Source of the DNA: an uncultured virus (IMG/VR IMGVR_UViG_3300037419_001565)
Taxonomy: Duplodnaviria > Heunggongvirae > Uroviricota > Caudoviricetes
DNA length: 64,000 nt
Virus record (IMG/VR): IMGVR_UViG_3300037419_001565
Reading direction: 5' to 3' (one strand)
Under the pieces are notes generated by a model. That model ran no database searches, was not told the origin of the DNA, and worked only from the letters and a program-made list of their open reading frames with translations. Of this stretch, positions 9,322 through 19,493 are shown piece by piece; the first letter of the stretch is position 1; every line of letters starts with the position of its first letter. The position numbers were made by a program, and so were the translations under genes.

Positions 9322-9690
9322 ATGTCCTTTACAAATCCACCTTACACATTCAACGACTACGACTCCGAGGTTGGGGATCTCGCCGTGTATCCGCACATCG
9401 GCTCCAATCTCATCTATCCCGCTCTGGGATTGATTGGCGAAGCCGGAGAGGTAGCGGAGAAGGTGAAGAAGCTGTGGAGGGACAAGAACTTCGCTCCCGG
9501 TGAATCTCAACCATTGGATAAGGAAACCCAACTCCTTTTGCTTAAGGAAATCGGAGACGTTGTGTGGTATTGCAACGCTCTGGCGAAGGAGTTGGGTTCA
9601 ACCCTCGAACATGCGGCGCAGATCAATAGCTACAAGCTCCGTGATAGGGCTGCGCGGAATGTGGTTCATGGAGAGGGTGACAATCGTTAG
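9322..9690 (+). CDS. mazG: MazG-like NTP pyrophosphohydrolase
   Basis: YPALGLIGEAGEVAEKVKK...EIGDVVWY...GEGDNR. Confidence 0.9.
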   Translation: MSFTNPPYTFNDYDSEVGDLAVYPHIGSNLIYPALGLIGEAGEVAEKVKKLWRDKNFAPGESQPLDKETQLLLLKEIGDVVWYCNALAKELGSTLEHAAQINSYKLRDRAARNVVHGEGDNR

Positions 9691-9735
9691 TCGTATTTCC
9701 CACAACAAATAGCATACATAAAAGGGAATCTTAAA

Positions 9736-12591
9736 TTGAAGCCTCATCAACAGTTTGTTTTCACCCGCACGTACTCACGCTGGAGGGAAGACTTGCTCTC
9801 ACGAGAGAGCTACTCCCAAGCGGTTGATCGTACAGTCGGATTTTTGGCGGAAAACATTAAGCAGACCTCGGACGCGGATTTGAACGCTATCCGTGACGGA
9901 ATGCTTCAAATGGAAGTTATGCCCTCGATGCGCCTTTTTTGGGCTGCAGGTGAGGCGGGACGGCAGAATCATATTGCGCTTTACAACTGCTCATACGTCG
10001 CCGTCCGCGACATCAAAACCTTCAGCGAGATCCTTTACATCCTTATGTCGGGAACCGGCGTGGGATTCTCGGTGGAGCGGCAGTATGTCTATCAACTGCC
10101 TGAGTTAAAACCTACTACTGGAAAACTTATTGAATTCACAGTTGAGGATTCAAAAGCTGGATGGGCGTGTGCTCTTGATTTGACCCTTCGTGCTTTGTGG
10201 GATGGCCACAACATAGAAGTTGACTACTCCAAAGTCCGTCCTCGCGGTGCTCGTCTAAAAACAATGGGCGGTCGAGCTTCTGGTCCAGAGCCACTCAAAA
10301 ATCTTATTGACTACTGCCGTCAGTTGTTTGAGAAGCGGCGGAAGTGGAGTCGGCTTGAGCCTATCGACTGTCATGACCTCATCTGCAAAATCGGAGAGAT
10401 TGTTGTAGTCGGTGGAGTTCGCCGCTCTAGTGAAATCTCCCTTTCCGACCTTGAGGATCGTTCGCTTGCTCGGGCAAAGGTTGGAGAGTTCTGGCGTGAG
10501 CATCCTCAACGCTCGATGGCAAATAACTCTGCCGTTTATCCAGGCCAACCGGCAATCACGACCTTCATGGAAGAGTGGTTGAACCTGATGGCGAGTGGGA
10601 GCGGAGAGCGTGGAATCTTCTCACGTTCAGGTGCTCGTTCGTCTGCAGCCTCAAGTGGTCGTAGAGATGGCTCCTATGCTTTCGGAACCAATCCCTGTCA
10701 ACCAGCAGGTGCAACGGTTCTGACTCCAAGTGGCATTCGCACCTTCAAAGATATTGAAATTGGAAGTGTGATTTGGTCAGGAAAACAGTGGACGAAGGTG
10801 GTCAATAAGGTCTCGACTGGCATTAAGTCCACTTACAAATTCCATACGCGAGCCGGATTCTTCTACGGCACAGACAATCACAAGGTAGTGAGTGATGGCG
10901 AAAAGGTTCCTGTCGGTGAGGCGGAAACTATTGACATCGCAGCCGGTCCAAAATTGGCTGTAGATGCCATCATCCATAATCCGCAAGATGTAATGGATGG
11001 GTTAGTTCTAGGTGATGGCACTGTTCACAAAGCCTCCAACAACCTCGTTCTTCTTTGTATTGGCGCGAAGGATCAGGACTATTTTGATTCGGAAGTGAAG
11101 GATCTGATTGGTCGGCATAGAACAGGCATTCATAAAGGAAGCTATGAGATTACGACCACGATCACAGCAAAAGAACTTCCGAAAACCTATGCTCGCAAAA
11201 TTCCTGCTCGATTCCTTTATGCGTCTCGGCCTGTTGCAGCAAGTTTCCTTCGTGGTTTGTTTAGTGCAAACGGTAGCATTGCCGGAAATCGTGTAACGCT
11301 AAAACAAACCAGCCTGAAAGTCATTTTGGATGTTCAACAAATGCTTTCGAGTTTGGGGATTCGGTCCTACTACACCGTCAATAAAGCCAAACAAAATAAG
11401 TTCGGAAATGGCACGTATGCCATGAAAGAGTCTTATGACTTGAATATTGTGGCGGATAAAGGGGAATTTAAGAAGCAAATTGGATTCCTGCAGAAATACA
11501 AACAAGAAGCCTTGGATGCTATTTGTTCCTTGAACTCGAACGGACGAACTAAAGTTTCATATGACGTTAAAGACGTTGAACATATTGCATTGGAAGAAGT
11601 GTTCGACATTACAGTGGACGCCCCAGAGCATACCTACTGGACAGGCGGATTGTTGGTGTCTAACTGTGGCGAGATCCTCCTGCGCGATATGGAGTTTTGC
11701 AATCTCTCCGAAGTAGTGGTTCGAGCGGGAGATACCCTTTCGGACCTCAAACGCAAAGTAAAACTCGCAACGATGCTTGGTTGTTTCCAGGCGACCTTCA
11801 CGGACTTTCCATTCATTCGTGAGGATTGGAAAAAGAACTGCGATGAAGAACGGCTTCTTGGAGTGTCGCTCACCGGCCTAATGGATCACGCCACGCTCAA
11901 CAATGTGAATGACACGGCGAAGAAGTGGCTCTCTGAACTCAAGCACACTGCAATTAACGAGGCGCGGAAGTGGTCGAAGAAACTGAACATTAACATGCCT
12001 GCAGCTATCACCTGTGTGAAGCCGAGCGGCACAGTGAGTCAGTTGGTTGATTGCGCGAGTGGAATTCACCAGCGGTTCTCGGACTTCTACATCCGGCGCT
12101 ATCGAATTTCGGCCACAGATCCTCTCTTCCGTTTGATGAAAGACCAGGGGGTTCCGGCGTTTCCAGAGGTGGGACAAGAGCCATCTACGGCTTCAACTTG
12201 GGTATTGGAATTCCCGATTGCATCTCCAAAAGGTTGTAAGACTCGCCACTCCTATTCCGCGATTGAGCAACTCGAACACTGGAAGATGGTGAAGGACTTT
12301 TGGACCGAGCACAATCCATCCTGCACGATCTTTGTGGATGAACATGAGTGGTTGGAAGTCGGAGCCTGGGTCTATAAAAACTTCGATTCCGTCTGTGGCC
12401 TGAGCTTTCTGCCCAAGCAGAATCACGTTTATCAGTTGGCACCGTTTGAGGAGATTTCTAAAGAGGAATATAAGAAACGCCTCAAAGAGTTTCCGCAAAT
12501 TGATTACTCGAAACTCTCTGCTTACGAACAAGAAGACAACACTGAAGGCGCAAAAACTCTCGCTTGCGTGGGTGATCGCTGCGAAATATGA
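9736..12591 (+). CDS. nrdJ: class II (B12-dependent) ribonucleotide reductase containing an intein
   Basis: PSMR, YNCSY, GGVRRS, GTNP/CGEI, FCNLSE, TCVKPSGTVS, C-terminal CVGDRC. Confidence 0.92.
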   Translation: MKPHQQFVFTRTYSRWREDLLSRESYSQAVDRTVGFLAENIKQTSDADLNAIRDGMLQMEVMPSMRLFWAAGEAGRQNHIALYNCSYVAVRDIKTFSEILYILMSGTGVGFSVERQYVYQLPELKPTTGKLIEFTVEDSKAGWACALDLTLRALWDGHNIEVDYSKVRPRGARLKTMGGRASGPEPLKNLIDYCRQLFEKRRKWSRLEPIDCHDLICKIGEIVVVGGVRRSSEISLSDLEDRSLARAKVGEFWREHPQRSMANNSAVYPGQPAITTFMEEWLNLMASGSGERGIFSRSGARSSAASSGRRDGSYAFGTNPCQPAGATVLTPSGIRTFKDIEIGSVIWSGKQWTKVVNKVSTGIKSTYKFHTRAGFFYGTDNHKVVSDGEKVPVGEAETIDIAAGPKLAVDAIIHNPQDVMDGLVLGDGTVHKASNNLVLLCIGAKDQDYFDSEVKDLIGRHRTGIHKGSYEITTTITAKELPKTYARKIPARFLYASRPVAASFLRGLFSANGSIAGNRVTLKQTSLKVILDVQQMLSSLGIRSYYTVNKAKQNKFGNGTYAMKESYDLNIVADKGEFKKQIGFLQKYKQEALDAICSLNSNGRTKVSYDVKDVEHIALEEVFDITVDAPEHTYWTGGLLVSNCGEILLRDMEFCNLSEVVVRAGDTLSDLKRKVKLATMLGCFQATFTDFPFIREDWKKNCDEERLLGVSLTGLMDHATLNNVNDTAKKWLSELKHTAINEARKWSKKLNINMPAAITCVKPSGTVSQLVDCASGIHQRFSDFYIRRYRISATDPLFRLMKDQGVPAFPEVGQEPSTASTWVLEFPIASPKGCKTRHSYSAIEQLEHWKMVKDFWTEHNPSCTIFVDEHEWLEVGAWVYKNFDSVCGLSFLPKQNHVYQLAPFEEISKEEYKKRLKEFPQIDYSKLSAYEQEDNTEGAKTLACVGDRCEI
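10696..11664 (+). mobile_element. intein with LAGLIDADG endonuclease (323 aa)
   Basis: Starts CQPAGATV, ends LLVSN before extein Cys; blocks MDGLVLGDG and FLRGLFSANG; removal restores GTNPCGEI. Confidence 0.92.
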
Positions 12592-12687
12592 GCTGGTGGC
12601 AGATATCACCGGAAGAAGGCATCGAAGAGGAAGATCCTAGGGGATTCTTTTTCGAGCGTTGGGTTCGCAGCATAAAGGGGAAGTTAA

Positions 12688-13005
12688 ATGAAAAGAATAA
12701 GTGTCACAATCCTACTCCTAACCACTCTGGCAACCGCCAAAGCAAAGCTCCCCGTCACCCTGAAGGCGATTAAGGGGAAGGATCGGTTCGTGATTGTTCA
12801 GCCGTTTGTGGCTTCGACTTTTGTTGCCGAACAAACCGAGGGCGCGAAAGTGTTGGACTCCCAGGTGGTCCAGTGCGAGGAAAAGCTCGAAGACCTCGGG
12901 ATGGTCGAGGTGAAGGGTGAGAGGTACATGGCCGTTCAGACGGTTTTGGTTTGTGAGGGTGGGAGGCGGTTGGTGGTGAAGGGATTCAGGATTGGGGGTA
13001 ATTGA
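12688..13005 (+). CDS. hypothetical exported protein
   Basis: MKRISVTILLLTTLATAKA signal-like N-terminus. Confidence 0.55.
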   Translation: MKRISVTILLLTTLATAKAKLPVTLKAIKGKDRFVIVQPFVASTFVAEQTEGAKVLDSQVVQCEEKLEDLGMVEVKGERYMAVQTVLVCEGGRRLVVKGFRIGGN

Positions 13006-13796
13006 AAGGTTTTGTGGGAGATGAATTATGAAAGTTTTTCTAATCGTTATCGGAATCCTACTGCTGTTGTATTGGCTGCTCGATAAGGCTGTGAATTGGA
13101 AGGGGTGGAGGGAGTAGTGGGTATTAGAGAGTGGCTGAAGGGACTATTCGGAATCTTTGAGCCAGAACTTTGCAAAAAACACGGCACAGAACTTGTGTAT
13201 CGCAGGGAGCATGTGGGAGGACATGAATTTTGGGAAATTGGTCCTTTTTGTTACGAGTGTGAAACCGAAGAATGGTTAGCAAGACAAAAATCATCTCCCT
13301 CAAAACCTTTCCATCTCAACTATGACGAAACCTACTACTAAAGCCCTCTTCCACGCGCTTCTCGTCGGATGCGCTCTGATCGAACTCCGCCAAAGCAAGA
13401 GCGACTTTCGCAAGATGGTTTGTGGGGCGTGGGCGGGGTTTCACGCGGTAGCAACTGGGTTGCACGTAATAGAGAAAGAGTAAGGGAATATGAAAAAAGA
13501 CAGGAAACAAAAACTCTGGGAACTCTGTGAGCGATTCATTGAGGAACAAGACATTACTTCTGGGGAATGCATTTATCAAAGCGACCGTGTAATTGAGAAC
13601 GCTTATGAGTTTATTGAAGACGTTTGCGAGATCGCTGGTTATAAGCCTTTCGAGGATGCGTAGTTGTATGAGTGAATGCAAGCACAAAGAAATCAAGTAC
13701 GTCGAAACCCACGTTGCACCTTATTACCTAGAACACCATTGGGAATGCGCGTGGTGTGGCACAGAGTTTAAGCCGGTCGAGGAAAAGGGAAAATAA

Positions 13797-16355
13797 TTGG
13801 GCCAAAGGGTCACAGTAAGCCAGGTCGAAAAATGTGCAGGCTGTCCGATGAGACAGCTTTTTCCGTCCAACACCTTCGTTCAGCCGAAATCTGGAACAGG
13901 GCTGCGGCTCGTGATTTCGGACGCGCCAGGAGAAACCGACAGTCTCAAGGGAACTCCGCTGGTTGGTGGGTCAGGAAAAGTGTTCGATGCCATGCTCAAG
14001 AAGATTGGGGTGGATCGGACGGAGTTGACGCTGTGCAATGTCATCCAGTGTCGTCCCAAGAACGGATTGTTCCCAACGGATCGAGCAGGCCGGTCCTATA
14101 TCTCTGAAACAGATGCTTACAAGTCCGTCCAGCATTGCTATGACAATCACGTTGAGCCTCTCCTGAAAAGCCGTCCGTGGCAACGGGTGGACTTGCTCGG
14201 TGAGAAGCCCCTCAAATTCATCGCCAAGAGCAACGTCCCGATTTCCAAACAACGGGGTTCGGTCGTGGAGATCCCAGCACTCGAATACAAGATGCTCGGG
14301 ATGCCGACACTCAATCCGATTGATGTGATGAAACAACAGGTGATGTTTCCTGTTGTGGTGAGTGATCTGGCGAAGTCCCTTAAAGTTCTGCCTGAGCACT
14401 ATGATTTGTTTCCGACTCTGGAGACGGTCAAGCAGTTTCAATTCACAGAGTTCTCGTTTGACTTGGAGAAACCCAAGTACCGGACGCTCGGCAAAGATGC
14501 TCCGATTGAGATGGTCGGACTTTGTGGTGAGCCTACAAAGGTCATAATTGTTCCGTTTCAGGGAGCATATAAAGAGGAACTTAAAAGGATTTTCAGAAAC
14601 GCAAAAACTGTCGTGGGGCAAAATTGCATTTCCTACGACATCGAAGAACTCTCGAAAGAGGGTGTCACGATTTCAGATGATTGTGAAGTCATGGATATCA
14701 TGCTCCTTCATCATCTTCGCTTCCCACATTTCTCAGCTCGATCCGGTGAAGAAGAGGAAAAGAAGTATGGAGACAAGAATCACGTTGGCGGTCACGACCT
14801 AGAGTTCATCGCTTCGCAGTTCGTTAACAAGCCAGTTTGGAAAGACGAGACCCATACGACCGGCTGGGAACTCCGTTGTGCGCGGGACACCGATTCGACG
14901 CTGATCGCTTACAAAGAGCTTCGGAGGATGTGTGAGCAATCAGGGTTGATGGACATCTATCGCTATGTCCAAGTGCCGATGGCGAAGATTTGTCTCCTGA
15001 TGCACAAGACAGGATTCACGCGAGATCCTCAGCGGTTGAAGGAAGTTCGTGAACGATTGCTGAAAGAGATTGCGGAGGATGAGACCAAGCTTCCTCCTGA
15101 ACTTCGCGGTTATGACGAGACGAAGCACAAGAACGTCACGGCTCCTGAAGGCTATGTCTCTCCGAAGACGGGCAAGCCTGTCAAGAAAATGAAGGTGCCT
15201 TACACCGTCCGCGTTCAGCCGTGGCGGAGTGAGAGAACCAAGAAAGACTATCTCTACAACAAGCTCAAGATTGAGCCGCAGACTCATCCAAAGACGGGAA
15301 AGATTACCTGCGACAAAAACGCTCTTGACCGAATCGAGAGACGGCTGTTGTCCAGAACCTACAAGGTGATCGTTGAGGATCAGGACATCACGCTTGAAAC
15401 CGCGAAGACCGTTGCGTTGCTCAAGAGCCTCAATCTCAAGGCGACGATGATTTCGGGCTTCTGCAAGGAGAACGAAGAGGGAGTTGCCGAGAAGGTTCAT
15501 CCGTCCTTCAACGTCCACGGCACAAGCGCGGGTCGTCTCTCATCCTCGAATCCGAACTTCCAGAATCAGCCTGAGGAAGCTCGCTATATGTACGTGCCGA
15601 GTCAGCCAGGTTGGAAGATCATCAGTATTGACTTCTCGGGCATCGAGAATCGACTGGTTGCGTATTTGGCAAACGACCACGAACGTCTCGCTCGATTTAA
15701 CGCAGACCCGAAGTTCTCAGAACATAAGTACGCCTGCTCGTTGTTCATGGACATTCCCTACGATCAGGTTAAGAAGGACAAAGCAAAGGACAGCCCCTAC
15801 TCCTTAGCGAAAGTTACAGTGCATGGAGCTGACCGACTTCTAGGACCGTTGAAGATTGCAAAAACAAACGACCTCGACTTCAAAGAAGTCCGAGATCGGA
15901 TGTATCAGTGGAAGAAGAAGATTGCCCGAACAGTGGAATGGCAGCAAGAAGTCATTAAGCAGGTTCAGAAGCAGGGGTGGCTCAAGAATCCGTTCGGTAG
16001 AGCGGGCTATTTCTACACCGACACCTTCGCGACCAAAGCAATTAGTTTCCTTCCACAGTCCACAGCATTCGACGTTCTAGCTCGGGCAAGTATTGGATTT
16101 ATGTATCAAAAAATCAACTGGCCGGTGGAGTTTGCTCTAAAGATCGCGAAGGTTCTTGAACCACTTCCAGGCCCAGCAAACCTCTTGGCCCTTGTTCACG
16201 ATGAATATGTCATAGAGGCTCACCCAGATTATGTGGATGAGACGATCCGAGTGGTTCGCAAGTGTGCCGAGCAACCGTGGCCTGAGCTGGGTGGTCTCAT
16301 TCTTCCTGCGAACGTTGCAGTAGGAGACGATTGGGGTTCGGTTGTTGAGTTGTAA
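13797..16355 (+). CDS. polA: family A DNA polymerase with N-terminal UDG family-4-like domain and 3'-5' exonuclease
   Basis: CAGCPM, DAPGETD, NVIQCRP (UDG-like); FDLE and GQN...YD (exo); GTSAGRLSSSNPNFQN, DFSGIENR, PQST, VHDE (pol). Confidence 0.9.
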   Translation: MGQRVTVSQVEKCAGCPMRQLFPSNTFVQPKSGTGLRLVISDAPGETDSLKGTPLVGGSGKVFDAMLKKIGVDRTELTLCNVIQCRPKNGLFPTDRAGRSYISETDAYKSVQHCYDNHVEPLLKSRPWQRVDLLGEKPLKFIAKSNVPISKQRGSVVEIPALEYKMLGMPTLNPIDVMKQQVMFPVVVSDLAKSLKVLPEHYDLFPTLETVKQFQFTEFSFDLEKPKYRTLGKDAPIEMVGLCGEPTKVIIVPFQGAYKEELKRIFRNAKTVVGQNCISYDIEELSKEGVTISDDCEVMDIMLLHHLRFPHFSARSGEEEEKKYGDKNHVGGHDLEFIASQFVNKPVWKDETHTTGWELRCARDTDSTLIAYKELRRMCEQSGLMDIYRYVQVPMAKICLLMHKTGFTRDPQRLKEVRERLLKEIAEDETKLPPELRGYDETKHKNVTAPEGYVSPKTGKPVKKMKVPYTVRVQPWRSERTKKDYLYNKLKIEPQTHPKTGKITCDKNALDRIERRLLSRTYKVIVEDQDITLETAKTVALLKSLNLKATMISGFCKENEEGVAEKVHPSFNVHGTSAGRLSSSNPNFQNQPEEARYMYVPSQPGWKIISIDFSGIENRLVAYLANDHERLARFNADPKFSEHKYACSLFMDIPYDQVKKDKAKDSPYSLAKVTVHGADRLLGPLKIAKTNDLDFKEVRDRMYQWKKKIARTVEWQQEVIKQVQKQGWLKNPFGRAGYFYTDTFATKAISFLPQSTAFDVLARASIGFMYQKINWPVEFALKIAKVLEPLPGPANLLALVHDEYVIEAHPDYVDETIRVVRKCAEQPWPELGGLILPANVAVGDDWGSVVEL

Positions 16356-16370
16356 TTTTCCAGTATAAGG

Positions 16371-16405
16371 GTGAAGTCGGAACACATTATTGGAAGTCTA
16401 ATTAG
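16371..16405 (+). promoter_or_regulatory. phage ECF-type promoter (motif B)
   Basis: GTGAAGTCG-N16-GTCTAATTAG. Confidence 0.8.
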
Positions 16406-16423
16406 GAAGAGAGGCAACATAAG

Positions 16424-16780
16424 TTGATCCACCCAGGCCAAATCGCCCACCTCAAATCGACCGGCGAACGAGTGTTCGTGCTCGCCATCAAAGCCGCGAA
16501 CTCTCACGTTCGGGTTGATTCACTCGTCAGTTCAGTCTCGGTCGAGGCAGCGAATCCCTCCCGCAAATGTGCGATTGTGCGGGTCAAGACCTCAATCGGG
16601 CTGAAGGCCGAGGTGGTCTTGCTGGAGGAACTCGTGAGTGAGGAGGAGTTTGCGAATGTCACCACCGACCGCGTGATAAGCGTCCTCCGCAGCGCGGGGA
16701 TCGAAGCCCGCACGCTTGAGGAGGTTGAGGAGGAGATGGGATTCGACGTGATTGAGAAGGACAAAAAGAAACTCAACTGA
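16424..16780 (+). CDS. hypothetical protein
   Basis: TTG start after GAGG, downstream of promoter B. Confidence 0.6.
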   Translation: MIHPGQIAHLKSTGERVFVLAIKAANSHVRVDSLVSSVSVEAANPSRKCAIVRVKTSIGLKAEVVLLEELVSEEEFANVTTDRVISVLRSAGIEARTLEEVEEEMGFDVIEKDKKKLN

Positions 16781-16912
16781 TGAAATGCAAACGCTGCTCC
16801 TCAACATTCAAACCACCCCTGAAAGTGTGGGGAAATTGTTGTCCAGCTTGTGTAAAGAAGATGCTCGCTCCTGATGCGTGGCGGGCGTTGCAATTGAAAG
16901 GTTTTTAGGGAG

Positions 16913-17071
16913 ATGCTCTGTCGTTTAGGTTTTCACAAATGGGAAGGGAAGAAGAAATTACAAGAAAGCTTCCCTGTGTGGCGTTGGCTTTATGAATGCA
17001 CTCGTTGCCACAAAGAGCGTGTTTACACGCGAGTTGTTAGCCAAGTAGGAGACTACGAGGGTTGGGAATAG
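16913..17071 (+). CDS. small Cys/His protein (MLCRLGFHKW...CTRC)
   Basis: Manual translation; ATG supplied by a motif-A copy. Confidence 0.55.
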   Translation: MLCRLGFHKWEGKKKLQESFPVWRWLYECTRCHKERVYTRVVSQVGDYEGWE

Positions 17072-17275
17072 ATGTCGCTTAGTTACGTAACAAAGTGTGA
17101 TGCCTGCCAGAAGGAATTGCGGTCAGATTCGGGATGGGATGACGACCTTCATGGCTGGATCACCGCACAACGCCAAGGAGACAACTGGCGCAGGGATTAC
17201 TGCACGTCATGTTGGGATACGGTCTCTCGCCTCCTAACTCACATCTCCCCCAAAACCTTTCAATCTCAACTATGA
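17072..17275 (+). CDS. small Zn-finger protein
   Basis: CDAC...CTSC. Confidence 0.55.
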   Translation: MSLSYVTKCDACQKELRSDSGWDDDLHGWITAQRQGDNWRRDYCTSCWDTVSRLLTHISPKTFQSQL

Positions 17276-18441
17276 AAAAAATCCTCCAAGTCGAAAACAT
17301 TCTCGCCCCCGACTCCTGGCCTGCCCGCTGGCTCAAGTGCTGGCCGACCGCCGAGCCGCCGAAGAGTTTCATCCTCTTCAGTGGGCTGTGTGCGGTGGGG
17401 GCGGCGATTGGGAGGAAGTGTTGGATGGACTTAGAGCCACACACGCTCTATCCGATGTTGAATGTCCTGCTGATTGGACCGAGTGGAACAGGCAAGAGCA
17501 CGAGCGCCAACATGGGACTCAAGCTCCTGCGGAGTTGGGAGCCGAACTTTCAAGTCATCGCGGGCGCGAGCACCAAGCCGAAACTCCACTTCGACCTCGC
17601 GGCAGATTCTCACGCGCTTATCTTTGCCAGCGAGCTGGCATCCTCGATCACAAAATCCAAGACCCAGGAAGACTTGGTTCCATATCTGACCGAACTCCTC
17701 GACTACTATCCCGACCGTCCCGAATACCGCACGAAGGGCGGAGATATCAGCCGAGTGGTGAATTCGCAAGTGACGATTCTCGGGTGTTCGACGGTCGAGT
17801 GGCTCCAAGACCAACTTCCCGGCGCTTCAATCGCAGGTGGATTCCTGCCCCGATTCCTTCTCGTTTATGAGGAACACAAGAGCCAGCGGATCGCACTTCC
17901 TGGTATGCACCTCTCTGAGAGTCAGCGTCAGAGAGTCGCAGACCTGCAGGCTCAGGTGTTCGATGAGTATCGGCATATCGTGGAGGCGGCGAGCGGGGAG
18001 ATCACGTTCAAGGACTGGCATACGTGCGATTTCTTCAGCGATTGGTATGCGAGTCTGAAGCCCGAAACCCAACACCTCGCTCCCTTCGCAGAGCGTGCGA
18101 GAGAGTTTGTCCTCCGCATCGCCATGCTGCTTGCGATTTGTGACCATCGGACTCAGGTGGAGCAACAGGATCTAGAGATTGCGATGGACTTGCAGAGTTG
18201 GGCAATGCGTAGGCTCCAGCACGTTGCGGTGCCTCGATCACCAAATGGCAAGATCCTGCAGCAGTGTCTTGAGGCGATTCCGATTGGCGAGAGCGTAAGT
18301 GACATCCACATCAAGAGAGTGATGTCCTCCCACGCGACCGCAGACGAAACGCAAAAGCTCATCTCCTCTCTCATCCAGACGAGAGACATCGAGCGCACAC
18401 CGGATGGGAAGTACAGACGTATTGGTAGTAGGTCAGTTTAG
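17272..18441 (+). CDS. P-loop replicative helicase-like protein (DUF3987-like)
   Basis: LNVLLIGPSGTGKST, GGFLPRF, C-terminal wHTH-like region. Confidence 0.7.
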   Translation: MKKILQVENILAPDSWPARWLKCWPTAEPPKSFILFSGLCAVGAAIGRKCWMDLEPHTLYPMLNVLLIGPSGTGKSTSANMGLKLLRSWEPNFQVIAGASTKPKLHFDLAADSHALIFASELASSITKSKTQEDLVPYLTELLDYYPDRPEYRTKGGDISRVVNSQVTILGCSTVEWLQDQLPGASIAGGFLPRFLLVYEEHKSQRIALPGMHLSESQRQRVADLQAQVFDEYRHIVEAASGEITFKDWHTCDFFSDWYASLKPETQHLAPFAERAREFVLRIAMLLAICDHRTQVEQQDLEIAMDLQSWAMRRLQHVAVPRSPNGKILQQCLEAIPIGESVSDIHIKRVMSSHATADETQKLISSLIQTRDIERTPDGKYRRIGSRSV

Positions 18442-19228
18442 TAATAACGGGGAAAATAACTTGTCAGAACCTTCAAGCAAATCACTAAAAATCCTGTTTC
18501 TCGACATCGAGACTCTACCCAACCTTGGATGGAGTTGGGGAAAATATGAGCAGGACATTATCGCGTTCAAACAGGAAACTTGCATCGCCACCTATGCGGC
18601 TAAGTGGCTTGGAGGGGCTGTCTTTGCGGGGGCGCTTCCCGACTACAAGGGTTATAAGCCTCAGAGCTACGACGACAAACAACTGGTGGCGGATCTCCAC
18701 AAGCTGCTCGATGAGGCGGATGTGGTCGTGGCTCACAACGGCGTGGACTTCGATGTGAAGGTCATCAACAGCCGATTCCTCTTTCACAAGCTCTCTCCTC
18801 CGTCTCCCTACAAGGTGATCGACACCAAGAGGGAAACGAAGAAGGTCGCTCGGTTCAACTCGAACAAGCTGAATGATCTCGGGGTGTTGTTGGGAGAGGG
18901 CAAGAAACTCAAGACCGACTTCAATCTGTGGCTTGGATGTATCAACGGCGAAGAAGCGGCTTGGAAGAAGATGGTTTCTTATAACAAGCAAGATGTGGTT
19001 CTGTTGGAGAAGATATATCTCCGCCTGCGTCCCTGGATCAAAACCCATCCCAATCTCACGATCCTAAACCCGAACGCCAAGTGCCCGAAGTGCGAAAGCA
19101 ACAAGATCCAATGGCGCGGAACAGCTGTGACTTCTACCTGCAGTTATAAGCGGTTCCAGTGTTTAAGCTGCGGCGGATGGGGAAGGGCTACGAAGGGAGA
19201 GAAAGGTGCGGTTGGGGTTAATCAATGA
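18404..19228 (+). CDS. DEDD/RNase H-like 3'-5' exonuclease with C-terminal Zn ribbon (true start possibly TTG 18461)
   Basis: LDIET, AHNGVDFD, YNKQDV, CPKC...CLSC. Confidence 0.85.
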   Translation: MGSTDVLVVGQFSNNGENNLSEPSSKSLKILFLDIETLPNLGWSWGKYEQDIIAFKQETCIATYAAKWLGGAVFAGALPDYKGYKPQSYDDKQLVADLHKLLDEADVVVAHNGVDFDVKVINSRFLFHKLSPPSPYKVIDTKRETKKVARFNSNKLNDLGVLLGEGKKLKTDFNLWLGCINGEEAAWKKMVSYNKQDVVLLEKIYLRLRPWIKTHPNLTILNPNAKCPKCESNKIQWRGTAVTSTCSYKRFQCLSCGGWGRATKGEKGAVGVNQ

Positions 19229-19431
19229 ACTGCTCCGACTATCCATCTCCCTCAAAACCTTTCAAGCGTTCCCTTACTCACACGCAAATCCGTCAGTGGA
19301 TGACAGAGAACGGTTACAACGAAGGAGGAGACAGGAACTTATTCGTTTGGTATTACGAAAAAGGAAAGGGGAATAACTTGATTCCCCTTGAACAGTTGCT
19401 GTCAGATTTTAGAGACTTCCTACTTAGTTAG
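19225..19431 (+). CDS. hypothetical protein
   Basis: ATGA overlap; last gene of the + arm. Confidence 0.45.
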   Translation: MNCSDYPSPSKPFKRSLTHTQIRQWMTENGYNEGGDRNLFVWYYEKGKGNNLIPLEQLLSDFRDFLLS

Positions 19432-19493
19432 ACACCTCGCTAAAAGCATAGCGACTATCAGAACGAGGCCGATCTTAAACAAGTCGGCCTTTC

